Source: Octopus vulgaris (lineage: Eukaryota). Taken from it: a stretch of 64,000 nucleotides of DNA. Under the pieces are notes generated by a model. It made no database searches. It was given only the letters and a program-made list of their open reading frames with translations, and was not told the origin of the DNA. Both the position numbers and the translations under genes were made by a program. The stretch lies in contig OX597825.1 in NCBI GenBank assembly GCA_951406725.2, positions 41,664,001-41,728,000 of the forward strand. Direction: 5' to 3'. This document shows positions 40,525-52,800 of the stretch, one piece after another (within the stretch, counting starts at the first letter, position 1; each line of letters starts with the position of its first letter).

Positions 40525-42580
40525 CACTGGTCAACACAATTTTTTGTGCCAAGAAACAAAACCCATTTTTTTGCTAATTTGATGGTGCTTATTCCAAAAA
40601 TGACCTTAGTTTTTCATGGATAGCTATCGTTTTTTCTGTACTGAAATTGCTCATTTTTGAAAAAAAAATCAATTTATGATCTTGGCTGATTGCAAAATTT
40701 AGTTTAAAAAGGTAGTAGAAACCCATGAATTTTCAGGTAGGCTGAGCAATTTATGTCAGCCACATGAAATAAACTATTTTTATAATAAAAAATTATTTTT
40801 GAGTCAAAACTTTTAAAATAGAAGTACTGAATTTTTCTAATTTATTGTCAAAATTAAAATTAACTGATAAACTCTATAAGTAATACACTTTAGTAAACCT
40901 GATAATCAAGGTGATAGGAAAAAAAGGAAACTCTAAAATCTTCTGTTTGATATTTATAAATTTATCCCATCCCTTTTATCCCTTCAATATGGAAGGAAAC
41001 CAAGCACATTAAGAGGTTTTGTTTCCACAATTGGAAAAAAACTCTAACTAAAGACATTCCAATTGAATGCGCCTATTCCATTGTACATAATGAACATCAT
41101 GAAAATGGTTTCACCATAACATCTGCCCTCCACGTGGGATTACGAAGATACAAAGTAAAATCAGTGTAACGACTCTTTTTTCTGTCTTTTGTTATTGACA
41201 GTTTTATGAGTCTTTCTGTAGGATATTAGGAAAGATCAAATTACCTAAATGTGAACACGCAAAGTGTGATGTAAATGCGCAACCAACTCTTGTTCTTTTT
41301 TAATCATAGATATAGATATCAAATGACATGGCTTCAACGAGAGGATGCAAAAATGATCCCAACTTATTTTGCTATACATACGGCAAGTTCACACTGAAAG
41401 CCAACAGGAAACCGATATCTGACTTTTACAAGAAAGCCTATTGTGCTTACTCTCACATCAAGCTTGCTGATCAGGACAAACCATGGGCCCCTCACATTGC
41501 AAGACATGTTTAGAACACATGAGTCAGTGGACTTCAGATACCTGAAAATCGCTGAGATTCGCTATTCCTATGATCTGACGTGAGCCAAAGAACCACTCTG
41601 ATGAATGTTGCTTCTACTCAGACAGTGTTGCAAGAATGAACAAAAAGAAAAGCAGATCTATCGACTATCCCAGTCTTCATTCTGCTATTCGACCAGTGCT
41701 GCATTCAGATGATTTGCCAATCCCAGTTTTTCATGAAAATTTGTTAAAACTTGTTGAAAGCGACATGTCTGATACTGATGTAAATGAGAGACACAGTAAA
41801 AATGATCCTACCTATGTTCCTAAAACCATGCCAGAGCTGTTTAACCGAATTGAGCTGAATGATTTGGTTCGAGACTTAAATCTAAGCAAAGAATCAGCAG
41901 AAATTATGGCCTCTAAGCACAACTAAAAACACCTGTTAGTAAAAGGCACAAAGTAACATTCTATCGAAATAGGGATGCGGAATATGTACTACTGTTTAAT
42001 GAGAACACGGATCTTGTTCATTGCAATGATGTTGAGAGCTTTCTTCTTTGACTAGGCATCCACAAGTACAATCCTGATGAATGAAGATTGTTCATTGATA
42101 GTTCAAAATGTAGTTTTAAATGTGTTTTTCTCCATAATACCAACATGTATGCACCAATACCTTTAGGTCATTCAACAACACTAAAAGAAAAATATGATGC
42201 CATCATGATGCATAGGTTATGGAACACATTGACTACACCAAACATAAATGGGTGTTATGTGTCGATTTGAAAATGATAAATTTCCTGCTTGGTCAACAAA
42301 GTGGCTACATGAAATTCCCATGTTTTTTGTGTATGTGGGACAGTAGAGCAAAAGAGAAGCACTGGAAAAGGAAAGATTGGCCACTCCGAGAGTTGAGGGT
42401 CAGTGAAAAGAACATAATTAGTACAGCGCTAGTTCTGAAATAAAAAATTATCTTCCCTCCCTTGCATATCAAACCAGGATTAATGAAACAGTATGTAAAA
42501 TCACTCAACAAACTAAATGTTTTGAGTATATATGTAAATTGTTTCCAAGACTAAGCACCGAAAAACTCAAAGCAGGAATG
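40525..42580 (+). mobile_element. Chapaev3-like (CMC) DNA transposon, pseudogenised and 3'-truncated
   Basis: Left end TTA|CACTGG. Transposase from 41328: CKNDPNLFCY..GK, DQDKPWAPH, REPKNH, ELNDLVRDLNLSKESAE, FIDSSK, CVDLKMINFLLGQQSGYMKFPCFLCMWDSRA, PPLHIK. Confidence 0.8.
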
Positions 42581-43206
42581 TGTGTGTGCGTGTGCATGTG
42601 TGCATGTGCACCTGTGTGTGTGCATACACACACATACATACACACACTATATATATGTACATAAATATTTTTGCAATGTGCCATTAAGCAGGAGCTGCTA
42701 TGCCAATACTATTGAATGCAACTCCACCACAGATACCATAATGCTAGCAACAGTTGAAGGAAAGTTCCATGGTTTACATACACATATCCATACATAATAC
42801 ATATGTATATACATTATGAAATTGCAATGGAACACACCAAAACAGCAACTAAGAAGACTAAAACTATGAAAACATAATAATGGGTGGGAAATTTTGGTGT
42901 AATACAATAAATTTTTACTAACGAAATTTTTAAAGATGTTAAGGAAGATTTTTTCATGTTGAAATCACCAATAGCTTGTTCAATTATTGTAAAATTTAAA
43001 TTGAATATCTGTGACTGTTACGGAAAAAGATGATTAAGTTTAATGATAGTTCAATGAGTTCTTAGCCATAAAGAAATTACTTTTTTTAAATAAATGAAAA
43101 AATAAATGAGATATCAAACAGATAAATATTCTCTTGCTTTAACTCTATCACACACACATACATAAACATGCGCATATAGACAAATGTTTTGAGGCCAGCA
43201 TCTATG

Positions 43207-43251
<45 letters not shown>

Positions 43252-43254
43252 GTG

Positions 43255-43453
43255 ACCGTATGTGTATCGTTGGCAATTTTCTTTCTCCTTCTTCCCTTCC
43301 TTAGCCTTTCCTTTTTCTATGTTTCTGATGAAGAGCTCTGCTCAAAAAATTAAATCCTCCTTCTTTCTTTCCTTTCCTGAGCGTCCAATGACACTATATT
43401 TGTTCCAAATCCTCACGTTTTTGTGTTTTCTCTTTGTTCATGTTTGGATTAAC
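43255..43453 (+). mobile_element. short (TA)n-flanked repeat with HHR-like core
   Basis: CTGATGA-AGAGC-TCT-GCTC-AAAA at 43325-43347 (G of GAAA changed); microsatellite on both sides. Confidence 0.55.
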
Positions 43454-43459
43454 TATATA

Positions 43460-43512
<53 letters not shown>

Positions 43513-43513
<1 letters not shown>

Positions 43514-43885
43514 GGCACAGGAGTGGCTAAGTGGTAAGTAGCTTGCTTACCAACCACATGGTTCTGGGTTCAGTCCTACTGAGTGGCACCTTGGACAAGT
43601 GTCTTCTACTGTAGCCTCGGACCAACCAAAGCCTTGTGAGTGGATTTTGTAGACGGAAACTGAAAGAAGCCCATCGTATATAAATACGTATGTTTGTGTG
43701 TCTGTGTTTGTTCCCCCCCCCCCAACATCACATGACAACTGATGTTGGTGTGTTTACGTCCACGTAACTTAGTGGTTTGGCAAAAGAGGCCAAGAGAAAG
43801 AACTAGGCTTAAAATGATTAAGTCCAGGGGTTGATTTCTTCCAGCATGGCTGTAGTCAAATGACTGGAACAAATAAAAGAAAAAA
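43513..43885 (+). mobile_element. SINE family A
   Basis: Family head GGCACAGGAGTGGCTAAGTGGTAAGTAGCTTGC. Confidence 0.85.
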
Positions 43886-43909
43886 GAATATAAATACATA
43901 TATATAAAC

Positions 43910-44070
43910 ATAAATTTGAAATTAGCGCTAAGCAAAAGGACACATCTAACCTGTTTAGAAATAGGAGTCAAAACCCTCTGTAATATCATCATCGAGGTTT
44001 TGACTCCTATTTCTAAACAGATTAGATGCCCAGTGTATCCTTTTGATTAGTACTACTTTTAAATTTATAG
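43910..44070. repeat. foldback palindrome
   Basis: CATCTAACCTGTTTAGAAATAGGAGTCAAAACC / GGTTTTGACTCCTATTTCTAAACAGATTAGATG, with weaker outer pairing. Confidence 0.85.
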
Positions 44071-44190
44071 CTATTTAATGTTATTTAATACCTGTAGCCA
44101 ACTATATTATTGTTGTTATTATTATCAATATATTATATTTAATGCAGACAATATTAACAATAATAATATTTTTATGAATATTCACATCTG

Positions 44191-44258
<68 letters not shown>

Positions 44259-44574
44259 TATTGTTTTGCACCAATTTATTCCTTCTGGAATAATACCAAT
44301 GTTTTCTTTCAAAACATGTTGGAAGTAAAAAGATTTAAATAACATCTGTGTTTAACTCCATTTATTTATTTATCTATATTATTCAAAATCCTTTCGCCTA
44401 AACCTGGAGTTTCTACCATTATAATTAGGCTGTTACACCCTTGGTACTTGTGTGAATTTTTGCTACCTTGGTAACTATTTATTTCTTTTTTCCATGTTAT
44501 TTGTAAACATTGTAAAAACTCAGACATTTATATACATATATATATACATACATATATATATATATATACATATA

Positions 44575-44606
<32 letters not shown>

Positions 44607-45793
44607 CTAGCTTAAGGTGACCCGCTCTACGTGCGGGTAAGAGTGTGGTTGTTACTCTCTGTTGCTTCCTTTCAGCACGTAAAAAGTACCATTCGAACGT
44701 GGCCGATGACAGCGCCACCTTGACTGGCTTCTGTGCCGGTGACATGTAAAAAGCACCAACCGATCGTGGCCGCTGCCAGCCCCCCTGGCACCTGTGCCGG
44801 CGGCACAAAAAAAAAGCACCCACTACACTCACAGAGTGGTTGGCATTAGGAACGGCATCCAGCTGTAGAAACACTGCCAGATCAGACTGGAGCCTGGTGC
44901 AGCCTCCTGGCTTCCCAGACCCCGGTCAAGCTGTCCAACCCGTGCTAGCACTTAAAACGGACGTTAAACAATGATGATGATGATTCTCCCTCTTTGTTTC
45001 TCTCTCCTTTCTCTCTCTCACTTTCCCACTCTCTTACTTTTCTTTTCTCCCGGACTCTCCCTCGCTTTCTCTTACTCTCTATCTTTATCTATCTCTCTCC
45101 TATTTATAAACAACAAAAGATCTTGAGTAAGTTGAGAAAGTAAAATATTTTGAAAGATCAATCATAAATATCAGGCAGTGACAACGGAAAGGTCTGCTTC
45201 AAGGCAGACAGCAAAACACTAACATTTAAAAGGGACAGACGAACTTGCGAGCTGAATAAAAATAATAAAACATTGGAAACCAAAGTTTGAAGGAATAGAA
45301 TCTGAGGATAGTAGAGTCACCATGGCTGGCATTTCTTAAGGACGGACAGCAACGTAGTGGCAGTTTAACAGCTGGCATAAAATTTTGAACTTGATGTAAA
45401 AGAAAATTCCTAAACACCAAGTTTTGAAGTGATTCTTTCTCACGACAGTAGACTCACCATGGCAAGCATTCAAAACTTCTTCATCATGGACGACAACACA
45501 TTGACGATTAAAAGGCTGGCGCAAATTTTTTAGTTTGATGTAACAGAGAATTCCTAAACACCCGCTCCTGTAAATTTTAATCCCCTGCCAGCCCCATTTA
45601 GACCCCTTTTCACATTTTGGTTAATATAACCCGATTTCATTCGGGTCTACTGGGGCCACATTTTATAAGATGAGGAATTTTGTCCTAGAGGTCACGCCTT
45701 TCATTTGAGGAAAAAAATAGTTATGCAAACTCGCCAGCACTTTTAACATAGGTATGCATATTTTCAGCTCAACCGACCACAAAATGCACACAT

Positions 45794-45849
<56 letters not shown>

Positions 45850-45885
45850 AGTGCACGCATTATATATACAAATGTATACAAATTA
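44607..45885 (-). mobile_element. non-autonomous Helitron (family-B SINE inserted at 44660-44985)
   Basis: Minus-strand 3' end has the ACCCGC-ACGTAGA-GCGGGT hairpin followed by CTAG-T; internal tandem repeats of about 137 bp at 45310-45560. Confidence 0.65.
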
Positions 45886-46872
45886 TATATTGATTGATTG
45901 ATTCTAGTTTCAGCTCATGAGCTGTGGCCATGCTAGGGCACCGCCATTTATATATAAATTAAATTAGAGATAAAACAACTAATAGGCAAATCAAACAGTG
46001 AAAAACATTAACCAAAACATAAAAATAAAAATATAATATACAAAATATATAAAATATATAATTGAAAAATTTAAATTAAAAATTATTAATTTATATTTAT
46101 AATTTAAAAAGAAATATATATATAACTATCAAAAAGCATTAAAAAGTATAATATACATAAATACAGATATATATACACTTTGTATATATACATTATATAT
46201 ACATATTTATATATAGAACACACACACACACACATATAAATTAACCCAATAAATATCTGATTCATAATATTTGTTCTCATGATTGTGTGGTGCTGGTGAC
46301 GATGATAATTCTCTCTATGAATGCAGACAGACGTAGAGAGAGAGAGAGAGAGAGAGTGTGTGTGTGTGTGTGTGTGTGAAAGCGCTATCGAAAGCGGGGA
46401 GGGGGATATATAGAACGCTGTGAAACGACGTTATAAAGAGAAAGTGAAGGGGAGTTAGATGCTGTGAAACGACGTTATATATAGAAAGTAATGGGAAGGG
46501 AGGAAAGAGAGTGAGTGACGGAGGAAGACAGATACATAAAAGAATGAGAGTAGACTTGTCAAAGTGCGTTTTTGGTCCTAGCAACGACACCTTTTAAGAT
46601 AGGGATTTCTAACCTAGCCCACTTGCATCCTCACCTCATCTTACATGTTCCTGTAAATTTTGGAGTCAATCCAACGGGATCTAGTGGCCTTTAACCCGTT
46701 CTCAATGCCAAAACCAGAAAAACAAACAAACTTTTCGCATTTCAGATTTATATTATATATATATATATATATATTGATAAAACGGTAAGATAACAAAAGA
46801 AAGAAAGAGACCTCAATATTATGTAAATAGAGGAAATTTATCTATACAATATGTTACATTACTCGGTAGTCA

Positions 46873-46935
46873 AGATAAAACTCTGAGTTTCAGATGCCGA
46901 AGTGGAAATCCACAACACCATCTCTTCGGTTATCT
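46873..46935 (-). ncRNA. hammerhead ribozyme (type I, CCGAAGA core variant)
   Basis: Stem I AGATAA/TTATCT; core CCGAAGA; stem II GATG.../...CATC; GAAAC-TCAGA-GTT with near-palindromic stem III. Confidence 0.7.
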
Positions 46936-47129
46936 GGCTATTTGAAAACGTTATGAAAAAATACCGTTAAAAATGAAGGGAAATTACTCTGTTATAACTC
47001 TGCTTTGCCTGCGTACTTATACATCGCTCGCATTTTTCGTCATAAAAATTATATAAAAATACATAAAAATATATAAAAATATATAAAAATATATAAAATC
47101 TTCTTGGGACATAACACAGAAAGCATGTT

Positions 47130-48779
47130 CTATCCGTTTTCTTTAGGGGACCAAAAACGTAACAGAAATTTAGTCACATGTGGGCATGATCCGAAAAGCT
47201 CTGTCCTTGTATTTAGACATGTGGTAGGGTCTAAGCTGCTTTTCCAGATAAGCCATCTCTCCATGTCGCATAAACCGCACCTTCCGCTGCCGTTAGTATA
47301 GGGCTTACATCTGGCCAAAATCTTCCATTGTATGTTATAATCGACACCTTTATCTCTTAAAGACCAAATATGATTGGATAATTGTGTCGCTTTTCTTTTG
47401 TTCCAGTGCCTAAAGCTCAAAGTGTGGTTATTGAACCTGGCCTTGAAATTACCCTCTGTCAGGCCCACGTATTTCTTCGTCGAAACGGTGTCTTTAGTGG
47501 TTATAGAGTTTACGGTAGCTTCATATATGATGGTCTTGGACATGCAAGCTCCATTTAGCGGGCACAATTCTTTATTCCTGCATGAACAGCTGTTTTCTTC
47601 TTGTGTTTTTTGTATGTTATGATTGATTATGTTTTTAAAATTGGTAGTTGAACTAAAACTAATTTTTAAATTGTGTCTATTGAAGAGTTTCCTATAAGCA
47701 TGGTTAACTGGAAAATGTCTATCTATCAGTGCTAGGAAATATTTACCTATATTGAAGGCCACCTCGGGTGAGTAAGGGGGCGTAAACCAGATGACCTTCC
47801 TATTTCTATTATTCCTTTTCCTTATTGTTGGGCTGGTGATAGGTGTATATTTTATTTTTTCGCTAAAACCACTATCTTTTAAAGCTTTATTATAAACTGG
47901 GGCAACGCTATTGAAGATGTCCTCATTAGATGAGAGGCTAGAAATCCTCTTACTAATATTTTTAACTAAATTTTTGAATACTATAGGGGGATGGCATGAA
48001 CCTACATTAATATAACTTAGTCTATCATTGGGCTTCCTATAAGGCTTATAAATATTATTATTAAGATCTAAGGAAACGTCTAAGAAATTGACAACCGTCA
48101 GGTTAGTGTCTATAGTTATACTAAGTCCGAAGTGTTTCATTAACTGGATAATATCCTTCCTAAAACGATCTTGTGCTGGTCCATTTGTATTAGCTGTTAA
48201 GGCGAGGGCATCATCTTTGTAGATGGCGAAATGTACGTTAGGGAATGTCTTACTGAAGGTATCTAGGAGAAAGAGTCCAATTAGATCACAGATGCCTGCC
48301 CCATCATATGAACCCATGCTCACATCGAAAGCGCCCTCCGTGTCGGTGTTTTTTACCCACTTTGCATTCTCACTGAAAAGTAATGTCTTTCTAGCATGGA
48401 AGATTATATCCTTATCATTGGTACTAATTTCTATGAAGTCACTAGCGAAGATTAGGGCTTTATCTAGCAGTTCTTTAGAGATAGAGGCATAAAAATCAAC
48501 AATATCGAATTGTGTAAACCTCGCTTTTTTCTTATTCTTAATAGCTTTAAACCAGTCTACGACTTCTATACTATTGGACCATTGCACTAGCCTAGTATCG
48601 GTCTTAATTTTCGTATTTATTTTATCTAAAATTTCTTTGCTAATAATCCCTAGTTCTGACTTGGCTGGGTTGATAAGCCTACATTTAGGATTGGAAAGGA
48701 AGTTTTCTTTCTGGTCTTTAATAGTAATAAAGGCCTCTTTTTGGGGGAGGGTTTCTATTTTTTTATCTAATTTAAAAGT

Positions 48780-48780
<1 letters not shown>
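47130..48780 (-). CDS. PLE reverse transcriptase plus GIY-YIG endonuclease (N-terminally truncated)
   Basis: About 550 uninterrupted codons: CRLINP, FDIVDFY, MGSYDGA, YKDD, NFLDV, YRKP, Cys linker CSCRNKELCPLNGAC, IIYEA...KYVGLTE..FKARFNNH. The listed MKWQIYVTIYIY start is microsatellite read-through. Confidence 0.93.
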
Positions 48781-48806
<26 letters not shown>

Positions 48807-48811
<5 letters not shown>

Positions 48812-49083
48812 CGTATATTTGCCATTTCAATATGGCTATCCCTAAGGGTGGATGCTACTGTAGTTTTTAGCCCCAGGAGGACACACTCCTCCAGCTGGCC
48901 ATAGACACACTTTCTGTGTCCTGTCAGTATTTGCAAAGGGAAGTCATCCTTCCCGTCTTCAACTTATGATACACACGGACTCGAGTTTCGAGGTATTGAC
49001 CTCTCGTCAGCGTGTGACAATCATAGTTGTCACCGAGAATTAGATTTCCTTCACAAATACTTATACCTTTTCCAGCGTCCACT
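48807..49083 (-). mobile_element. 277-bp non-coding (TA)n-flanked unit carrying an HHR (solo pLTR or retrozyme-like)
   Basis: TA runs on both sides, no ORF, perfect HHR inside. Confidence 0.65.
48972..49016 (-). ncRNA. minimal type I hammerhead ribozyme
   Basis: Minus strand CACACG-CTGACGA-GAGGT-CAAT-ACCTC-GAAAC-TCGA-GTC|CGTGTG: all core residues, 6-bp stem I, 5-bp stem II, palindromic stem III, GUC cleavage site. Confidence 0.92.
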
Positions 49084-49098
49084 ATATATATATATATA

Positions 49099-49417
49099 GT
49101 GGATGTTCGATTAATATAAAAAACGTCTGTACAATCACTTTTCCTCTTTTAGACTTAAAATTAAGGCTAATTGTACGTCATTATCTAGTAAGATTTGGGA
49201 ACTGAAGGAAAGCAGAATTGAGTTTGACCTTATATGGGAAATAATAAGAAAAGCGCAGCCTTATAGAAATAGTAGATATGGGTCTGAGCTGTGCCCTATG
49301 GAAACAAATGGGATTTTGAAGCATAAAGACATGAGCAACCTGATTAACAATAGATTGGACCTTAGAGTATCATGCATACATATTGTCACTCGTACATTTA
49401 AATATTTTCGAAATTAG
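49099..49417 (+). pseudogene. PLE GIY-YIG C-terminal fragment
   Basis: KRLYNHFSSFRLKIKANCTSLSSKIWELKE...LIWEIIRKAQPY...ELCPME...LINNRLDL..SCIH aligns by eye to the end of the 47130 ORF; starts at (TA)n. Confidence 0.8.
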
Positions 49418-49844
49418 CGCTTTATATGTGTTGTGCTTGAACTGAATGAATGGAAACTTACTTTTAATATTTAAGTGGTAGATCTGAATATTCTTACCCT
49501 CTGATTCTAAATATATAAATAAAATAAATTTAGGTGATATTCAGTTACATGAGGAAATAAAGTGCATTGCATATAATATAAGCTATATAGTATTGTAAGT
49601 TAGAGAGCGACATTTAGTTAGTATACTATCCTATGAATATTCCTGCCTAGATAGTCTAACTTCATCATGGTATAAGTAATTAATCTAGTTATCCCTTTCT
49701 ATAGTGTTCCACCATCCTGATCATATTATTTATTGTTATAAAAGCCTTTATTTAAGTAGCCCTCCTAATTAAGGACCCCAAATGAAACTACATTATCATG
49801 TATGGATTAACATTGGTAACTTTTAAAACTTATATTATACCTCT

Positions 49845-52800
49845 TATTGTTATATTTCGGAATGGTCATTTTGCCAGTTTAGCCAATAAAAACACACGCA
49901 CTATATATTTGGTGTTACTTTGCTTCATTGTTATTTATTTTTTACATTAATCTTAATCTTATTTCGGCTAGAGTTCTTTCGTCACACTCCTGTGACCGCA
50001 TCAGTGGTCATTTGTTTTCTTCTTTCTTATTTGTGTCTCTCCTTACTAACCGTCAGCCATTTTGTATTTCTATTGTATGTGTCTTCATTTGCGCATGCTT
50101 ATATCTCTATGTGCGTCTATGTTTATTTAGTGTGTGTGTGGGGGGATGCCTGTAATATTTGTATCTTCTGTTTATATACGTTCATGTAATTTGTTTTTGT
50201 TGTTGTTGATTTTGTTTATTCTTATTTTGTTCATGTGCTTACATCCACTTATTATTATCATTACATATGGTTGTATGTATGTATAACAACAATACTAGTA
50301 ATAATAATATTAAATCGAAAAAAAAAATCGAAAAAATAAATAAATAAAAAAACTCGAAAAAAAACAATATAGTTATTTATTTCTATTTGTTTATTTATCC
50401 GTGTATTTATTATGTTTTCGTGATCCTTTACCGTCATATGTTTTGGTGTGTGCTAGTGTTCCATTCTAGTTTCCTATTCAGGCTAGGTTTATTTTCTATT
50501 ATGTGTGTAGCTTCTGTAATTTGTCTGATTGTTGCATCTGTTCTATGTGTGGACAATATTTTAATTTCTATGTTGTTGATTGATCCCCCGTGTTCCTGTT
50601 CGGCGTGTTGGTACAGAATCGATGAGCTTTTACCTTCTTTGAGTTGTCTCCAATGTCCATTTACCCGCTCTCCTATGCTTCTTCTTGTTTCCCCTACGTG
50701 TGTCGTTGTCTTGTTACTGCATCATTCCTCTATACATCTCATACTATAGACTACATTTCTGGCTTTACAGTTTGTTTGTGGGCTAAATCTACATACAGTA
50801 CAGTACTTATCCGTACAGGGGGTTCTACTAAAAGGATAGGTTCTACCAATTATAGATTTGATAGGGTTACCTGGCTTTTCAACAACCTTAATCCTTAGCT
50901 TAAGTTTGTCTAGGGTCCTTCTAAAGCGGTACGCCAGTTCACCTCCAGGGGTGGTGTCAACGAACATGACACTCTGGTATTTATGGCTATCATGCCAAGA
51001 GTTGGCCTTCCCTATTTTCTTTTTTGTCCTTTCTATAGTGTTCCATGACTTGTTCCTATAGAGTGGGCAAATCCCATTCCTATCATTACATAATATATTA
51101 TCAAATTTCTTCATGGCTCCTTTGTATACTCTGATACTTTCTTTATGGCTGTGACCTGAGAACTGCGTGCGGTGAATGAAATATTGTATGTGTCTCTTTA
51201 ACTCTGTAGGCTCGCACATGCGTGACACATTTCTCATTATTCTGACGAAGTCTGCCATCAAAATATTGAATTTGGCATTGTCCACAATGGCTGAGTTCCA
51301 GTGGATCAAGTATTTTGAGGCCATAGGTTTGGCATAGTATGAATGAAGGATTTGGGTTTCATTATTCACAATTTCTAGCCAGAGTTCAGTGTCTAGTACT
51401 GGTAGTCTATGGTTGGGGTGTTTAGTGGGGTAGTCTATTGTGACCTTAATACTCTGGTGGATGGAGTTAGCTATTTGCTGGATGCTCTCCATAGTATTAG
51501 TTTCTATTACTATATCAACATTACTCTCTTGTGGGGGTGCCTTTACTACTATGTTGATATCATCAACATAGCGAGAGTACATGTTTACAAGTATGGAGTT
51601 CTGTGTTAGGCGTTCTTTAAGCCTTCTGTCCCACCATACCATGAAAAGGTTGGCCACATCACCAGCGATACTAACGCCGATGGCTGCCCCCTCGTCCTGG
51701 GCATATATTTTATTGTTACACTTAAACGTGTGGCCTTTTAGGGTAACTCTTATACTAGCTCCTAGTGCATGTGCGGTCATTTTCTTTACCTGATGGACAT
51801 TTGCGGGGCTCCGTATGGCTCTGGTTCATCCGCGCTATCTTTCTATATGTGTCTTCCTAGCCATAGAAGTAATTGTGGGCGGTCTACCTCTTGAACATCT
51901 ACTGGGGCAGAAACTACTAAGATTATGTTTATCTAGGTATTCATTGTTACATGTCAGTCTAAGTAGGAGGCCCAGTTCCTCTGTGTTGACATTACAGAAC
52001 TCCACCTGGCTCTCGTTGATCATCTCCACGCACTTCTCCACCGCAAAATCTACGTCGATCGATGGGTATAGGGATACCACATCCATGCTACCCACCATAC
52101 ATCCTGTCAGGTCACAAGTGTTGTTACAGTCAATGATCCTGCTGAGGAGATCTTCCGTGCTGTCACAAACATCAGGTGACATCCGGATTATAGGGCGTAT
52201 GATCATTGAGAGGAAGTAGGAGATTCTGTAATTGCTAGCGATATTCGCTCCACAGACTGGTCCTGCTATGGGGTCAGTGGTTACTTTATGGTCCTTGCGA
52301 AGTCCATACAGTGCCGGGATATCATTGTTCCAGGCTTGGAAATTATTTGCTTGTACGTTTCTGGGGTCCCAGAACAATTGTCTACATCATCATGTGGGCG
52401 TTGAGGACCTTTTCTCTCTCCTCATGCGCCAGTAAAGTTGTTATTTTTGTATTGGCGATATGAGGTTGCACTGCCTGGATGTAGTTCGGTAAGCTGTCTA
52501 TTGACATCCTGCCGGACTTATCTGTGGCAAGGCATACCACTTCTCCGTTCCTCGTGCGCTGAATGAGCTTACGTAGGCCACATGCAGGTTTAATCCCGAG
52601 TTGTTGGGCCTCTGTCTTATTCTGTCTCTTAGTGTGTAATCCTAAAATCTGTCTAAGTTTGGTCCTATAGTGAACTGTGCTTCCATATTGTCATTAGTAT
52701 GTCTTGGGATGTAGACTCTTTTGTTGAAGGGTAATGTCGTTGGATAAATCCGGCTCATGCAGTAAGATTTGTCACATACGTTGAAGAATTGAGTGTCAAA

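Larger units (their letters stand above)
46774..48780 (-). mobile_element. young 5'-truncated Penelope-like element bounded by (TA)n on both sides
   Basis: Open RT plus GIY-YIG ORF, 3' pLTR with HHR, TA runs at 46752-46773 and 48781-48806. Confidence 0.92.

Noticed and set aside
48781-48830. N-terminus [16 protein letters not shown] of the 566-aa ORF
   Set aside because: Chance in-frame read-through of the TA run from the neighbouring unit; the true PLE N-terminus is truncated.
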